DNA of 64,000 nt, from assembly GCA_038065315.1 (NCBI GenBank), contig JBBTRF010000001.1:392425-456424 (forward strand), written 5' to 3'. The DNA comes from Patescibacteria group bacterium. Lineage in GTDB: Bacteria > Patescibacteriota > Minisyncoccia > Phycocordibacterales > JBBTRF01. Position numbers and translations under genes: made by a program. This document shows, in pieces, positions 19,363-29,042 of this stretch. A model generated the notes under the pieces. The model was not told where the DNA came from, ran no database searches, and saw nothing but the letters and a program-made list of their open reading frames with translations. Within the stretch, counting starts at the first letter, position 1. Every line of letters starts with the position of its first letter.

Positions 19363-20565
19363 CTAAGCCCCTGCCGAGATGTTGTAGATCGGAATTAGCA
19401 CCGAAGCGAGCAACACTGCCACGCCCACACCCAGCGTAACAATCATCGCTGGCTCGATCAGGCCCACCAAGGTATCTACGGCATTCGTCACCTCGCGAGT
19501 GTAAAACTTCGAGAGATTCTGCAAAATATTGCCCAATTCACCGGTCTCCTCGCCCACCTTCACCATTTGCACCATGATCGTCGGGATCTCCGGGTAGCGG
19601 CCAAAGGCTTCAGCCAAAGAGCTGCCGGTCTTCACCTCTTCGAGGATCTTCCCAAGCACTTGCTGGTACACCGCACTACCCACCACCGAGCCGGTGACTT
19701 CCAGCGACTTTACAATCGGAATCGCGGACAGAAGCATCGTATTGAGGTTGTCGGAAATGCGCGAAAGATACAGCTTTTTGTACAACGTGCCGATATACGG
19801 CACCGAGAGCTGGAAGCGATTGAGCGTCATGCCACCGTCAGCCGTTCGAGCGAAACGATAGAAGAAAAAGCCGCCGACCACGAGGATGATGAAAGCGTAC
19901 AGGCCATAATTCACCGCAATATCGCTGATGCCCAGCACAATTTTGGTGTAGATCGGTACCTCCTGCCCAGAATCCTTCAAAATCGAGCTGATATTCGGGA
20001 TCACCATCGTGAGCATCAGGGTCATCACCACCACGAAGGTGGCGATCACGAATGCTGGATAGATGAGCGCGTTCTTCGCCTTTGAGGTCACTTCGAACGA
20101 ACGGTCGAGGTAGTCCGCGAGATAGAGCAGAATCTGGTCGAGCTTGCCAGACTCTTCACCGGAACGCACCATGTTGACATAAAAATCTGAAAAGACCTCG
20201 GGATGCTTCGAGAGCGCCTTGGAGATCTGTGTACCTCCTTGAAGATCATCTGCGACACTGTTGAGCACGGCTCGTAGCTGAGGCTTTTCCGTCTCGGAAC
20301 CCAACAGACGAAATACGCGGAGCGCCGAGATCTGCGCGGAAAACAACGTCGACATCTGGCGCGACAGGATCACCACGTCTTTGTTGGTGACACGGCCAAA
20401 GAATGTCAGCTTTTCGAGAGCCGACTCCTTCTGCTCTCCCTTGATCGTGACAATAGTGAGTCCGCGGCGCTGCAGCGAGCTGATCGCCACATCCACACTC
20501 ACGGCATCAATAGTGCCTTGTGCTTTGGTGCCTGCCGCGTCGATTGTGGTGTAGTTGAATATCAT
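19363..20565 (-). CDS. pilC: Type IV pilus assembly platform protein PilC (GspF family)
   Basis: 400 aa, duplicated GspF domains with three TM segments. Confidence 0.85.
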   Translation of the reverse strand: MIFNYTTIDAAGTKAQGTIDAVSVDVAISSLQRRGLTIVTIKGEQKESALEKLTFFGRVTNKDVVILSRQMSTLFSAQISALRVFRLLGSETEKPQLRAVLNSVADDLQGGTQISKALSKHPEVFSDFYVNMVRSGEESGKLDQILLYLADYLDRSFEVTSKAKNALIYPAFVIATFVVVMTLMLTMVIPNISSILKDSGQEVPIYTKIVLGISDIAVNYGLYAFIILVVGGFFFYRFARTADGGMTLNRFQLSVPYIGTLYKKLYLSRISDNLNTMLLSAIPIVKSLEVTGSVVGSAVYQQVLGKILEEVKTGSSLAEAFGRYPEIPTIMVQMVKVGEETGELGNILQNLSKFYTREVTNAVDTLVGLIEPAMIVTLGVGVAVLLASVLIPIYNISAGA

Positions 20566-20577
20566 AGCTGCAACGTA

Positions 20578-21645
20578 TTACAAAAGGCGCTCCAAGATCT
20601 TCGTGTTGGTCGAATGCAAATACGCGTTCTCCACCGTGATTTCGCCTGCCCGCACCAGCTCAGCGAGAGAACGATCCATGCTGATCATCCCCTGTTCGGA
20701 GCTGGTCTCGAGTACAGTGTTGATCTCATGCACACGCTTCTCGCGGATGAGATTGCCGACGGCGGTATTGTTGATGAGCAGTTCGTATGCCGGCACCAAG
20801 CCGCCAGACACTCGAGGAATGAGGCGCTGCGAAAAGATACCGGTGAGGCTAGCGGCGAGCTGCGAGCGGATCTGATCCTGCTGGCTCGCCGGGAAGCTAT
20901 CGATGATGCGGTTGATCGTCTGTGCAGCGTTGTTGGTATGCAAAGTCGACAACACCAAGTGTCCAGTCTCCGCGGCGGTCACGGCCGTAGAGATCGTATC
21001 AGCATCGCGCATTTCCCCTACGAGCGCAACATTGATGTCCTCGCGAAACATCGCTGCCAGCGCGCCGGCAAATGTCTTGGTATCCACCCCAACCTCCCGC
21101 TGATTAATAATCGAGCGCTTCGCTTCATAGATATACTCGATCGGATCCTCGATCGTCAGAATGTGCGCCGCGCGCTGGCGATTGATGTATTCGATCATGC
21201 CTGCCAACGTCGTCGATTTGCCCTGCCCGACCGGACCTACCACCAGAAAGAAGCCTTGCGGCTTTTCGGTAAAGGTATTCAAAATCGGCGGCAAACCAAG
21301 CTCTTCAATAGAGCGGATCTGATTTGGGATCAAGCGCAACGCGAATCCCATCTTCCCCTGCTGAAAAAAGCCGTTCACGCGGAAGCGCGCCTTACCTTGA
21401 AAGTCGTAGGCAAAATCCACTTCGTGATTGGCCAGGAAAAGCTGCTTGCGTTCCGGGGTCATGAACACCGAGGCAAAACCGCTGATCATCTCGGGGGTGA
21501 GTGACTCCGCTTTCACCATCGGGAGCAGTTGGCCGGCGATACGAATCACCGGATTGCGACCCTCCGACAAATGTAGGTCAGATGCGCTTTCGGCGAGGAC
21601 CGTGGCGAGCAGCGATTCGAGTTGTGCTTGATATTGGTTTTGCAT
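20578..21645 (-). CDS. pilT: Type IV pilus retraction ATPase PilT
   Basis: 355 aa; Walker A GPVGQGKSTT, Asp box, His box; PilT length (no N-terminal GSPII domain). Confidence 0.85.
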   Translation of the reverse strand: MQNQYQAQLESLLATVLAESASDLHLSEGRNPVIRIAGQLLPMVKAESLTPEMISGFASVFMTPERKQLFLANHEVDFAYDFQGKARFRVNGFFQQGKMGFALRLIPNQIRSIEELGLPPILNTFTEKPQGFFLVVGPVGQGKSTTLAGMIEYINRQRAAHILTIEDPIEYIYEAKRSIINQREVGVDTKTFAGALAAMFREDINVALVGEMRDADTISTAVTAAETGHLVLSTLHTNNAAQTINRIIDSFPASQQDQIRSQLAASLTGIFSQRLIPRVSGGLVPAYELLINNTAVGNLIREKRVHEINTVLETSSEQGMISMDRSLAELVRAGEITVENAYLHSTNTKILERLL

Positions 21646-21646
21646 C

Positions 21647-22042
21647 TTATTGCAACGACTCCTTTAAGATCTGCTGGATCTCGGACACCACTTCCGACGG
21701 GATGGTGGTGGCTTTCACGATGTAGCCACTGATACCCAGCGCCTTCGCCCGCTCGATATCCGACGGCTGGTTTTGGTTCGACAAAATAACCACCTTAGCC
21801 TTCGGTACGAGATTCTCCTTGCGGATGCGCGCGAGGATCTCCACACCATCCATTGACGGCATGATCATATCGAGCATCACCACGTCGGGCACCAGACCAT
21901 CTTTTAATTTATTGAGTGTTTCTTGCCCATCGAAAGCTGAACAGACATCAAAGCCAGCAGCCTTGAATTTGATCGAATACATGTTCACGAGGAACTTGTC
22001 GTCGTCTACGATGAGGATTTTCTTTTTGTTGGTGTTTTCCAT
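21647..22042 (-). CDS. Response regulator receiver domain protein (CheY-like, stand-alone)
   Basis: 131 aa; ILIVDDD...D at the phosphoacceptor position (DVVMLDMIMP), conserved K (VILS...K). Confidence 0.8.
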   Translation of the reverse strand: MENTNKKKILIVDDDKFLVNMYSIKFKAAGFDVCSAFDGQETLNKLKDGLVPDVVMLDMIMPSMDGVEILARIRKENLVPKAKVVILSNQNQPSDIERAKALGISGYIVKATTIPSEVVSEIQQILKESLQ

Positions 22043-22075
22043 ATTGGTGTTATTTACAAACGGCCGTCATCGCTG

Positions 22076-23803
22076 CTACAAACTCGTGACTTCCTCAAAA
22101 GGGATCTTCCGCTCGAATGCCTTAATAATAGCATCCTCTTTCATCGTGAGCATCCCCTTGGCGCGGGCCACTTTCATCAGGGCCAATTCGGTCGGGCTGT
22201 TGAGGATGACTTTTTCGATGTCTTTGTCGATCGTGAGCACCTCCATCACCGCCGCGCGACCCAATGTGCCTTTAGGGCAATCGTCGGTGACCATGGCTTC
22301 GTACACCATCTTGCCTTTCGGAATCTCCTTTTGAAATTCGGCTGGCAGATCTTTGAATTCGCCATCGATGAGGTCTTTAATATGGCCCTCCACCGGCACT
22401 TCCTTGCCACCGCCCTCGCAAAGGGTACGGACCAAGCGTTGCGCGATCGCGCAGATCAAGGTCGGGCCGATGAGGAATGGGTCGACACCCATGTCGATGA
22501 GGCGCGGGATCACGCCAGCTGCATTGTTGGTGTGAATGGTGGACAATACCAAGTGCCCTGTAAGTGCCGCCTGCACAGCCAATTGGGCCGTCTCTTTGTC
22601 GCGAATTTCTCCCACCATGATAATGTCTGGGTCTTGTCGCAACGTGGTGCGCAGACCAGTCGCAAAGGTGTAGCCAATTTCTGGACGGACCTGCGACTGG
22701 CTCATGCCAGGGATGTTGTACTCCACCGGATCTTCAAGTGAGAGTACATTGCGTGTCTCCTTGTCGAGCGAGTTGAGCATCGAATACAGAGTGGTCGACT
22801 TTCCGGAACCGGTCGGACCGGAAATGAGAATCAAACCATACGGGCGCTCAATCGCTTCACGGATCGTCTTGAGGTTGCGTTCACTGAGACCCATCTGGTC
22901 GAGCGGACGCACCCCTTTGGCCGAGTCGAGGATTCGCATCACCACCTTTTCGCCGTAATATGCGGGAAAAGTGGAAACACGGTAGTCAATCTTCTTGCCG
23001 TCGATCATCTGGCTGAAGCGACCGTCCTGCGGCTTGCGTTTTTCGTCGATCTTCATGTTGCAGAGGATCTTGATGCGAGCTACGAGTGCGGAATGCACCT
23101 TGCCAGGCAAAGTGAGACTGGTCACGAGCGAACCGTCCACACGGAAACGCACGCGCACCGCATCCTCCATCGCCTCGATATGAATATCGGAGGCATTCCC
23201 CTCGGTGGCGTAATGCAGAATCGTGGTGACGATTTTTGTCACCGGTGCATCTTCTTTTATATGTGTATCACCATCGAAGGCGCCGCCGCCGAGCGCACCT
23301 TCTTCGCTGTTCAAACTCAAGCTACTTGCCGAACCATTGTCCTCGGTTCCCAATTCAGTGAGCGCCTTCCCCACCTCGCCACCAATCCCTTTGTACGATT
23401 GCAAAATTGCATCAAAATCCTCCTGAGAGATGAGGAAAATCTTGTATGGGAGATTGGCTTTGGTGGAAATAAAGTTGAGAGCGTCTCGAGCCTCGATGTT
23501 GTCGGGGTTGAGCATACCCACTTCAAGCACACCGTCGGTGAGGCCGACTGGAACAAACTGATAATAGGTGGCGGATTCCTCGGGAATGTATTTGAGCACC
23601 TCAAACGGCACTTTGTTTTTGCCGAGCGTCTTGGTCGGCACATTGAAATACTCCGCCTTGCTTTTCAAGATTTCTTCTGGATCAATGCCGCGACGGCGCA
23701 GGACATCATTGATGTTCCCCACTTTTTTTACCTCACTACGAACAGCCTGAGCATCGTCAGGATGTACGATTTTTCTTTGTACCAAGAGGTCGATAATGTC
23801 CAT
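22076..23803 (-). CDS. pilB: Type IV pilus assembly ATPase PilB (GspE family)
   Basis: 575 aa; N-terminal GSPII domain, Walker A ISGPTGSGKSTT, tetracysteine zinc motif (CxxC...CxxC). Confidence 0.9.
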   Translation of the reverse strand: MDIIDLLVQRKIVHPDDAQAVRSEVKKVGNINDVLRRRGIDPEEILKSKAEYFNVPTKTLGKNKVPFEVLKYIPEESATYYQFVPVGLTDGVLEVGMLNPDNIEARDALNFISTKANLPYKIFLISQEDFDAILQSYKGIGGEVGKALTELGTEDNGSASSLSLNSEEGALGGGAFDGDTHIKEDAPVTKIVTTILHYATEGNASDIHIEAMEDAVRVRFRVDGSLVTSLTLPGKVHSALVARIKILCNMKIDEKRKPQDGRFSQMIDGKKIDYRVSTFPAYYGEKVVMRILDSAKGVRPLDQMGLSERNLKTIREAIERPYGLILISGPTGSGKSTTLYSMLNSLDKETRNVLSLEDPVEYNIPGMSQSQVRPEIGYTFATGLRTTLRQDPDIIMVGEIRDKETAQLAVQAALTGHLVLSTIHTNNAAGVIPRLIDMGVDPFLIGPTLICAIAQRLVRTLCEGGGKEVPVEGHIKDLIDGEFKDLPAEFQKEIPKGKMVYEAMVTDDCPKGTLGRAAVMEVLTIDKDIEKVILNSPTELALMKVARAKGMLTMKEDAIIKAFERKIPFEEVTSL

Positions 23804-23806
23804 AGG

Positions 23807-24610
23807 CTATTGACCGATCGGCGCAAATGGATTTGGTCGACCTTTTGGCTCCACGACCACCTCAACACCGAAATCCTGAAGTGTTTTGAACAGAGGACTG
23901 TCGAAGAAGGCCCGCTCGAGCTTGAGCGAAGAAAGTCGACTGAGCATCTCCACGACTTTCGCCTTCGGATCCTCTTTACCCACCTTCGCCGAAGTACGGC
24001 CCGTAGATTGATTCGCTGGTGTCAGCGCGGTATCCGAGACAAAGGCATACGTCCGCGCAGCTACAGAAAAATCATACTGACCGACAGCATTCGGTGTCAC
24101 GGAAATGGAAACTACGTCAATGATGCGGAGACTCTTCTCGAGGTCGACAAGAAAACGACTAAAGCTCTCATAGCTGGTAGTAAGGATGAAGGAGATCGGT
24201 AGAGCGCTGAAATTCTGAACCTTCTGAGCGGTAGCGAAGGGCGAGGCAGCGAGCAGTGGTGAATTAGCCTTTTTGTCTTCTGGCTTGGCGTCAATTCTCT
24301 TGATCAAGATACCGTATTTTGAGGCGATACTGGTAATATCTGTGGTCAATCGGACTGTGTCTACCGTGTCGGGCAGCATGCGGGTCAAGCGATCCTTCTC
24401 CAAGCTGGAAATATTACTCGCACTCGAAATAAGCTTCTCTCGCACTTCTCGCACTTTCTTTGCCTGATCGGCTGCGGTCTGGTACTGCGCCTTGCTTTCG
24501 GAAAGCACCTGATATTTTGCGTATTGTGGGTTAATCAGGCCAAACACCGCTCCGGCAGAGGCGATCAACAATATGAGAGCCGTGATGTTTGGTGACATGT
24601 TATTGTGCAA
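23807..24610 (-). CDS. PilO-like pilus assembly protein (membrane anchored, coiled coil)
   Basis: N-terminal TM (ITALILLIASAGAVFGL), coiled coil, position after pilN-like gene in the pilMNO run. Confidence 0.5.
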   Translation of the reverse strand: MHNNMSPNITALILLIASAGAVFGLINPQYAKYQVLSESKAQYQTAADQAKKVREVREKLISSASNISSLEKDRLTRMLPDTVDTVRLTTDITSIASKYGILIKRIDAKPEDKKANSPLLAASPFATAQKVQNFSALPISFILTTSYESFSRFLVDLEKSLRIIDVVSISVTPNAVGQYDFSVAARTYAFVSDTALTPANQSTGRTSAKVGKEDPKAKVVEMLSRLSSLKLERAFFDSPLFKTLQDFGVEVVVEPKGRPNPFAPIGQ

Positions 24611-25205
24611 GAAAAAGGTTTTTGTAAGAAGTGAGGGCAGGATCGACAGAAGCCTTCATTGAGAAAAGAATATTTCCCTTTTCGTCCAGGCGAATATCGG
24701 AAAACAGTGCATTATCTAGACTCTCGGAAGACTTCATGACATCCGATTGGTATGACACCGCGTTGTAGCTGCGACCCTCGCCGGAAAGCGAAAGGTCGAG
24801 ACTAGTCTTTTCTACACCGTCATCTTTGAGCGAGAAGTCAAAACGAGTGAACCGGATATTTTTTACGGTGAGCTCTTGCAAAAGGCGGAACAAGCTTGAA
24901 ACCGCATAGTGGCGCTGCAACACCTCGCTCGCGGCCTGAGTGCGTTTGTCGAGGGCGCTCCAAGCATTGACATCGGTGTCGGAAAAATCCTTCTTTTCCG
25001 AAGCGATCAGGCTGGCGGTAATAGTATCGATCTGCTTCTGCTGATTGGCGTTGTAGAAAAAGAGGAAACCGCCGATGGCGAGAGTGACAATGAGCACCAG
25101 TACAGAAATGAGGAAAAAGAGGTTGACCGTATTCGAGGAATGCACCCCGCGGTCGGTCGCAATCGGCGTTTTGGGAATGAAGGAGGACTGCATCTTCGGA
25201 TCCAT
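24600..25205 (-). CDS. PilN-like pilus assembly protein
   Basis: Single TM (VNLFFLISVLVLIVTLAIGGFLFFY) followed by periplasmic domain; immediately downstream of pilM. Confidence 0.5.
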   Translation of the reverse strand: MDPKMQSSFIPKTPIATDRGVHSSNTVNLFFLISVLVLIVTLAIGGFLFFYNANQQKQIDTITASLIASEKKDFSDTDVNAWSALDKRTQAASEVLQRHYAVSSLFRLLQELTVKNIRFTRFDFSLKDDGVEKTSLDLSLSGEGRSYNAVSYQSDVMKSSESLDNALFSDIRLDEKGNILFSMKASVDPALTSYKNLFLAQ

Positions 25206-25271
25206 TGCCCTATTATAGTACGAAATACGGCCCAGCGCTTGCCGCACACTGTGTATATCCGAAACGAACGA

Positions 25272-26360
25272 TTAGTCGAACTCCTGCAGCTTTCGCAAAG
25301 CGAGGCCAACAGCCACAGCGAATTCGGGCCCAGCGTCTTTCAACACCTTCTCAAGGAAAGCGGGTGATTGGATCTTGGTGAATGGGTCTGCGGAGACCAC
25401 GGAGGTCTGGAGTTCCTTCTGCGCGAGCTCGGCAAAGCCTTTCAACATCGCACCGCCGCCAGTGAGCACCACTTTGGCGACATTTTTATGGAATTTCTTC
25501 TGGTAGTTGAGGAGCACGCGATTGGCCTCAGAGAAGATCATGTTAATACTCGAGGTCATCACGCCAGCCAATTCGCTATTTTCAGCTCCTGCAAGCAGGC
25601 CCTTCTCGCGCTTCATCACCTCCGCCTCCTCGATGGTGATGCCTAGGGATTGTGAAAGTGCTATGGTGAAATCCTGAGAACCGCGAGTGACGATGTGTGA
25701 CACACGGAGAATGCCTCGGTCAACAATATATAGCTTGGTCGATCCCGCACCGAGGTCTACGATCATGGCCGGATCGGGTTCATGCTCAAGCACCGCACGG
25801 ATGGTGCTGAAGATCTCGATTTCAAAAAACGAGGTATCGAGAGCCGAGAGTTTTATGACATCGCGTGCTTGCTGCAAAGCGTCATTATGAATCACCACCA
25901 AAAGTACGTCGAGTTTCCCGTCTTTTTCCTGCGTCTCGTCCTTCGGGATCACCCACCAATCGAGCGAGACTTCACTGATCGAGATGGGGATATACTTTCG
26001 CGCCTCGATCGGAATCATCTGAGCGAGCTGCTTTTGATCCACCTCCGGGACCTGGATGACGTTTACCAAGCTCGAAGACATGGGAATGGAGAGGCCAGCA
26101 TTCTTCGTAGTGACGCTCGCCTCACGCAATAGGTCTAGCAGCGCTTCGGCGAGCTTCTGCGGCGGCAAGCGGGTCGCACGACCAACTTCAATCCCTGCAT
26201 ACGGTCCGAGTGCAAGTGCGCCGTATGTTTCGAGCACCGCTTTGCCATTCTGCTTTTTCAGCTGCACCACTTTGATCGACGACGGTCCAATATCCACGCC
26301 AATGACGCTCGATTCCCCTTTTTTGAAGAGACCGGCAAGTTTTTTAAACGGATTGTCCAT
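25272..26360 (-). CDS. pilM: Type IV pilus assembly protein PilM (actin-like ATPase)
   Basis: 362 aa; actin/HSP70 fold motifs (VIGVDIGPSSIKVV..., LVVDLGAGSTKL). Confidence 0.8.
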   Translation of the reverse strand: MDNPFKKLAGLFKKGESSVIGVDIGPSSIKVVQLKKQNGKAVLETYGALALGPYAGIEVGRATRLPPQKLAEALLDLLREASVTTKNAGLSIPMSSSLVNVIQVPEVDQKQLAQMIPIEARKYIPISISEVSLDWWVIPKDETQEKDGKLDVLLVVIHNDALQQARDVIKLSALDTSFFEIEIFSTIRAVLEHEPDPAMIVDLGAGSTKLYIVDRGILRVSHIVTRGSQDFTIALSQSLGITIEEAEVMKREKGLLAGAENSELAGVMTSSINMIFSEANRVLLNYQKKFHKNVAKVVLTGGGAMLKGFAELAQKELQTSVVSADPFTKIQSPAFLEKVLKDAGPEFAVAVGLALRKLQEFD

Positions 26361-26381
26361 GGAAAGCGATATAATTGTACC

Positions 26382-27065
26382 ATGAAACGTTTTGCGAAAT
26401 GGCTCGTGCGGGTGCAGATAAAATCATACCGGCTTTTAGACACTTTCCTCGACCTCTTGTTCCCAAAGAATTTGATGGTGCAGGAGCTCGAGAAGATGTC
26501 CGCTGTAGAATTTGCCAACGGCAGCGGTGGGCACGGGGTAGACCGCCTTTTTCACGGTCACTACCCACCCGAATGTGCGGAGTGGTGTCGTGCGATCCTC
26601 ACCTATCGCGACCGGTATGTCCGAACAGCAGTGTGGGAACTGAAATATCGGAAGAGTGCCAAAATAGCGAGCATTTTTGGTGAGCTACTAGTCCAAGAAT
26701 TGGCAAAGTATGCTGGGGATTCTCTTGTTATACCAATTCCTCTCTCAGAAAAGCGGCGACGCGAGCGCGGATACAACCAGATCGAATTGATTCTTGAGCA
26801 GCTACCTGCCGGCAATCGCTGGAACATCGAGTTGGATCTTTTGCACCGTAAACACCACACTGTTCCACAGACGAAACTCTCGAGAGCGGAGCGTTTGAAG
26901 AATTTGGATGATTGCTTCGAAGTCACGGATCCGCAAAGGGTGGTTGGCAAAAATGTTGTTATTGTCGACGACGTTATGACTACCGGTAGCACCCTTCGAC
27001 GGGCTCGTGAGGTACTTTTGAAAGCTGGTGCCAAAGAGGTACTGGGCCTTGCTCTAGCACACTAA
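26382..27065 (+). CDS. comFC: ComF family protein (ComFC, phosphoribosyltransferase domain)
   Basis: C-terminal PRTase motif VVIVDDVMTTGSTL; divergent from the pilus operon. Confidence 0.7.
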   Translation: MKRFAKWLVRVQIKSYRLLDTFLDLLFPKNLMVQELEKMSAVEFANGSGGHGVDRLFHGHYPPECAEWCRAILTYRDRYVRTAVWELKYRKSAKIASIFGELLVQELAKYAGDSLVIPIPLSEKRRRERGYNQIELILEQLPAGNRWNIELDLLHRKHHTVPQTKLSRAERLKNLDDCFEVTDPQRVVGKNVVIVDDVMTTGSTLRRAREVLLKAGAKEVLGLALAH

Positions 27066-27136
27066 ATCCCTCCGCCAGACAAACTGAAAGACTGGCGCAA
27101 ATGCCGAAAAATATGCTATCATCGCCGAGTATCCAC

Positions 27137-27228
27137 GGAGGGGTGTCAGAGCGGTCGAATGTACCTCTTTGCTAAAGAGGCAGGGTCTAAACAACCCTCG
27201 GGGGTTCGAATCCCCCCCCTTCCGCACC
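27137..27228 (+). tRNA. tRNA-Ser (anticodon GCU), class II
   Basis: Acceptor GGAGGGG/CCCTTCC, anticodon arm CCTCT-TTGCTAA-AGAGG, long variable arm CAGGGTCTAAACAACCCTCG, T-arm GGGGG-TTCGAAT-CCCCC. Confidence 0.75.
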
Positions 27229-27405
27229 GAAAAATCGCTTGCGATTTTGAGTAAGGAAGGGAGAAAAGTCCCTTCGGACTTTTCGTGGGGGATTCGAAAA
27301 GCTTGAGCCTGTCGCGCGGAGCGAAGCGAGCACGACGCGAAAGCTGTACAGGTCCCGTAGGGACCGAATCGTTTCGATGAAGGTGAGGGACCGAATCATA
27401 GAAAC

Positions 27406-27492
27406 GGAAAGATGGATGAGTGGTTTAAATCAACGGTTTACTAAACCGTCGTCCCGTTACACGGACCGTGGGTTCGAATCCCACTCTTTCCG
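27406..27492 (+). tRNA. Class II (Ser-type) tRNA with apparent anticodon ACU
   Basis: GGAAAGA acceptor, D GAT/ATC, anticodon arm ACGGT-TTACTAA-ACCGT (perfect 5-bp stem forces loop TTACTAA), long variable arm, T-arm GTGGG-TTCGAAT-CCCAC. Confidence 0.5.
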
Positions 27493-27557
27493 CAGTAAGA
27501 AAAATGTATCGGGAGACCCGAGTGCCCAAAAAGGTCATTTTAAGCTAAAATTAAAGC

Positions 27558-28016
27558 ATGTTTAATCTATTCAAAAAACAACAAGTTGAACTAGTCGAAC
27601 ATCAATATAAAAATTTGGTTATTCCACTTCCCGCAAATTGGAAATATGAACTCGAAAAAGGAGATCTGGAAGCTTGCTTTGATTTAAAATCCCAAAGCAC
27701 ATTGCGACTTCATGTGATGAAAGCTGTTCCTCCAAAAGATAAGACTTCGGAAGAAAATATAAAATCTCTAACTGGTAACCAGTCTTGCACGACTACGCTC
27801 AAAGGGTATCTCTTAACCAAGCCTACTTATAGCGATACCACTGAGAGTGGTATAAATATTACTCTCGTCACTTGGAAATTAATCAACCCGACTGGCGATG
27901 AAAAAATAATTGCCGCCGTGACTTATACGGTTTTATCAGAGGAAAAAGATTCAGAGCAAGAAAAAGGGATGATTGCCATGATTGAAAGTTCGCTTAACAA
28001 TTCTGAGCTGGGATAG
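27558..28016 (+). CDS. Hypothetical protein (AT-rich)
   Basis: 152-aa ORF directly downstream of the tRNA pair; low GC; no domain recognised. Confidence 0.4.
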   Translation: MFNLFKKQQVELVEHQYKNLVIPLPANWKYELEKGDLEACFDLKSQSTLRLHVMKAVPPKDKTSEENIKSLTGNQSCTTTLKGYLLTKPTYSDTTESGINITLVTWKLINPTGDEKIIAAVTYTVLSEEKDSEQEKGMIAMIESSLNNSELG

Positions 28017-28135
28017 TGCATATTTAAAATATCTACCCGACCCACAAGCATCGGCTTAACCTCTGAGATTATCCTAAACGGCCATTATGGTGTCTCGATG
28101 TCTTGGTACTAGACCCGAGTGGCCCGCTCTAAAAA

Positions 28136-28972
28136 CTAGCAACCAAGTCGTCCCGGATCTTTCCCACTACCCTTCCCCCAAAAATTCTGCTTCGAGACAA
28201 CACTCTTTCCGATCTCTTTTTCTGTTTGCTTCCGCGCATTCCCCGCAACCCTACCGCCGCGCCTAGCCACATGCCGATTTTTATCAAACGTTTCCGGCTT
28301 CTCAATCTCAGAGATCTCAGTTGTCACCCGCTCGCCAAGCATCGTGAAGATGAGCTCCATGTCCGTCATGTGATCGCGCAAATTTTCCTTCCCCAGCCGT
28401 TTGAAATCCCTATATTCGGCCGGCGTCATACCAAATGTCGCCGTAGATATTTCCGCAGTCAGAATAGCGAAATCCCTTTCACTAGAAACACCTCGATCTT
28501 TCCATTCATCGGTCAGATTCTGACGAATCGCTATTCCCCGGATGCGTTTATCGATCCACCCTTTTGGATATCCTTTCTTTTCATACAAAATTTTCATTCT
28601 ATCTTGTGCCAATTCAGGATTTTCAATCTCCTGAATTCGCTCGTACCCAACACGCGCCAACCAGCGCTTAAACGGCTCAGCCTTGGGCGAGGGAATGGAT
28701 TGAACCAAGCGAAACACGCCTTCTGTGTTCGCACAATCAGTCTCATATTTTTTACCATCAGAAGACTCCAGTTTCAGTTGTTTACAAAATGTAAACAACT
28801 GAATTTTCTCATCTTTCTCGAGCCGCTCCTTCATAACGGCCCAATAGACACGCGGGTTACTCGAATCAGTCAAAGCCTCCACCACATCGACAACAGAAAA
28901 CCACCACTCATCGCCATGAATGACCCTTCGTACCTTTTTCCCTTCGAATAGTGATATTTTTGTCGACTCCAC
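28136..28972 (-). CDS. Bro-N domain protein (phage antirepressor / DinD-like)
   Basis: N-terminus ISLFEGKKVRRVIHGDEWWFSVVDVVEALTDSSNP matches the Bro-N / KilA-N DNA-binding pattern; AT-rich. Confidence 0.55.
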   Translation of the reverse strand: MESTKISLFEGKKVRRVIHGDEWWFSVVDVVEALTDSSNPRVYWAVMKERLEKDEKIQLFTFCKQLKLESSDGKKYETDCANTEGVFRLVQSIPSPKAEPFKRWLARVGYERIQEIENPELAQDRMKILYEKKGYPKGWIDKRIRGIAIRQNLTDEWKDRGVSSERDFAILTAEISTATFGMTPAEYRDFKRLGKENLRDHMTDMELIFTMLGERVTTEISEIEKPETFDKNRHVARRGGRVAGNARKQTEKEIGKSVVSKQNFWGKGSGKDPGRLGC

Positions 28973-29042
28973 TCCTAAATTATATCAAAATTCTCTGCCG
29001 TCCACTCACTATGCCACATTCGGCAACTTTCCGCCCCACTCA

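Noticed and set aside
23093-24202. 369-aa plus ORF antisense to pilB/pilO, 20518..21504 plus antisense to pilT, 57523..58557 plus antisense to the MBL gene, 8095..8856 plus antisense to gatA, 28226..28951 plus antisense to the Bro-N gene
   Set aside because: All are antisense shadows of genes with strong catalytic motifs on the other strand.
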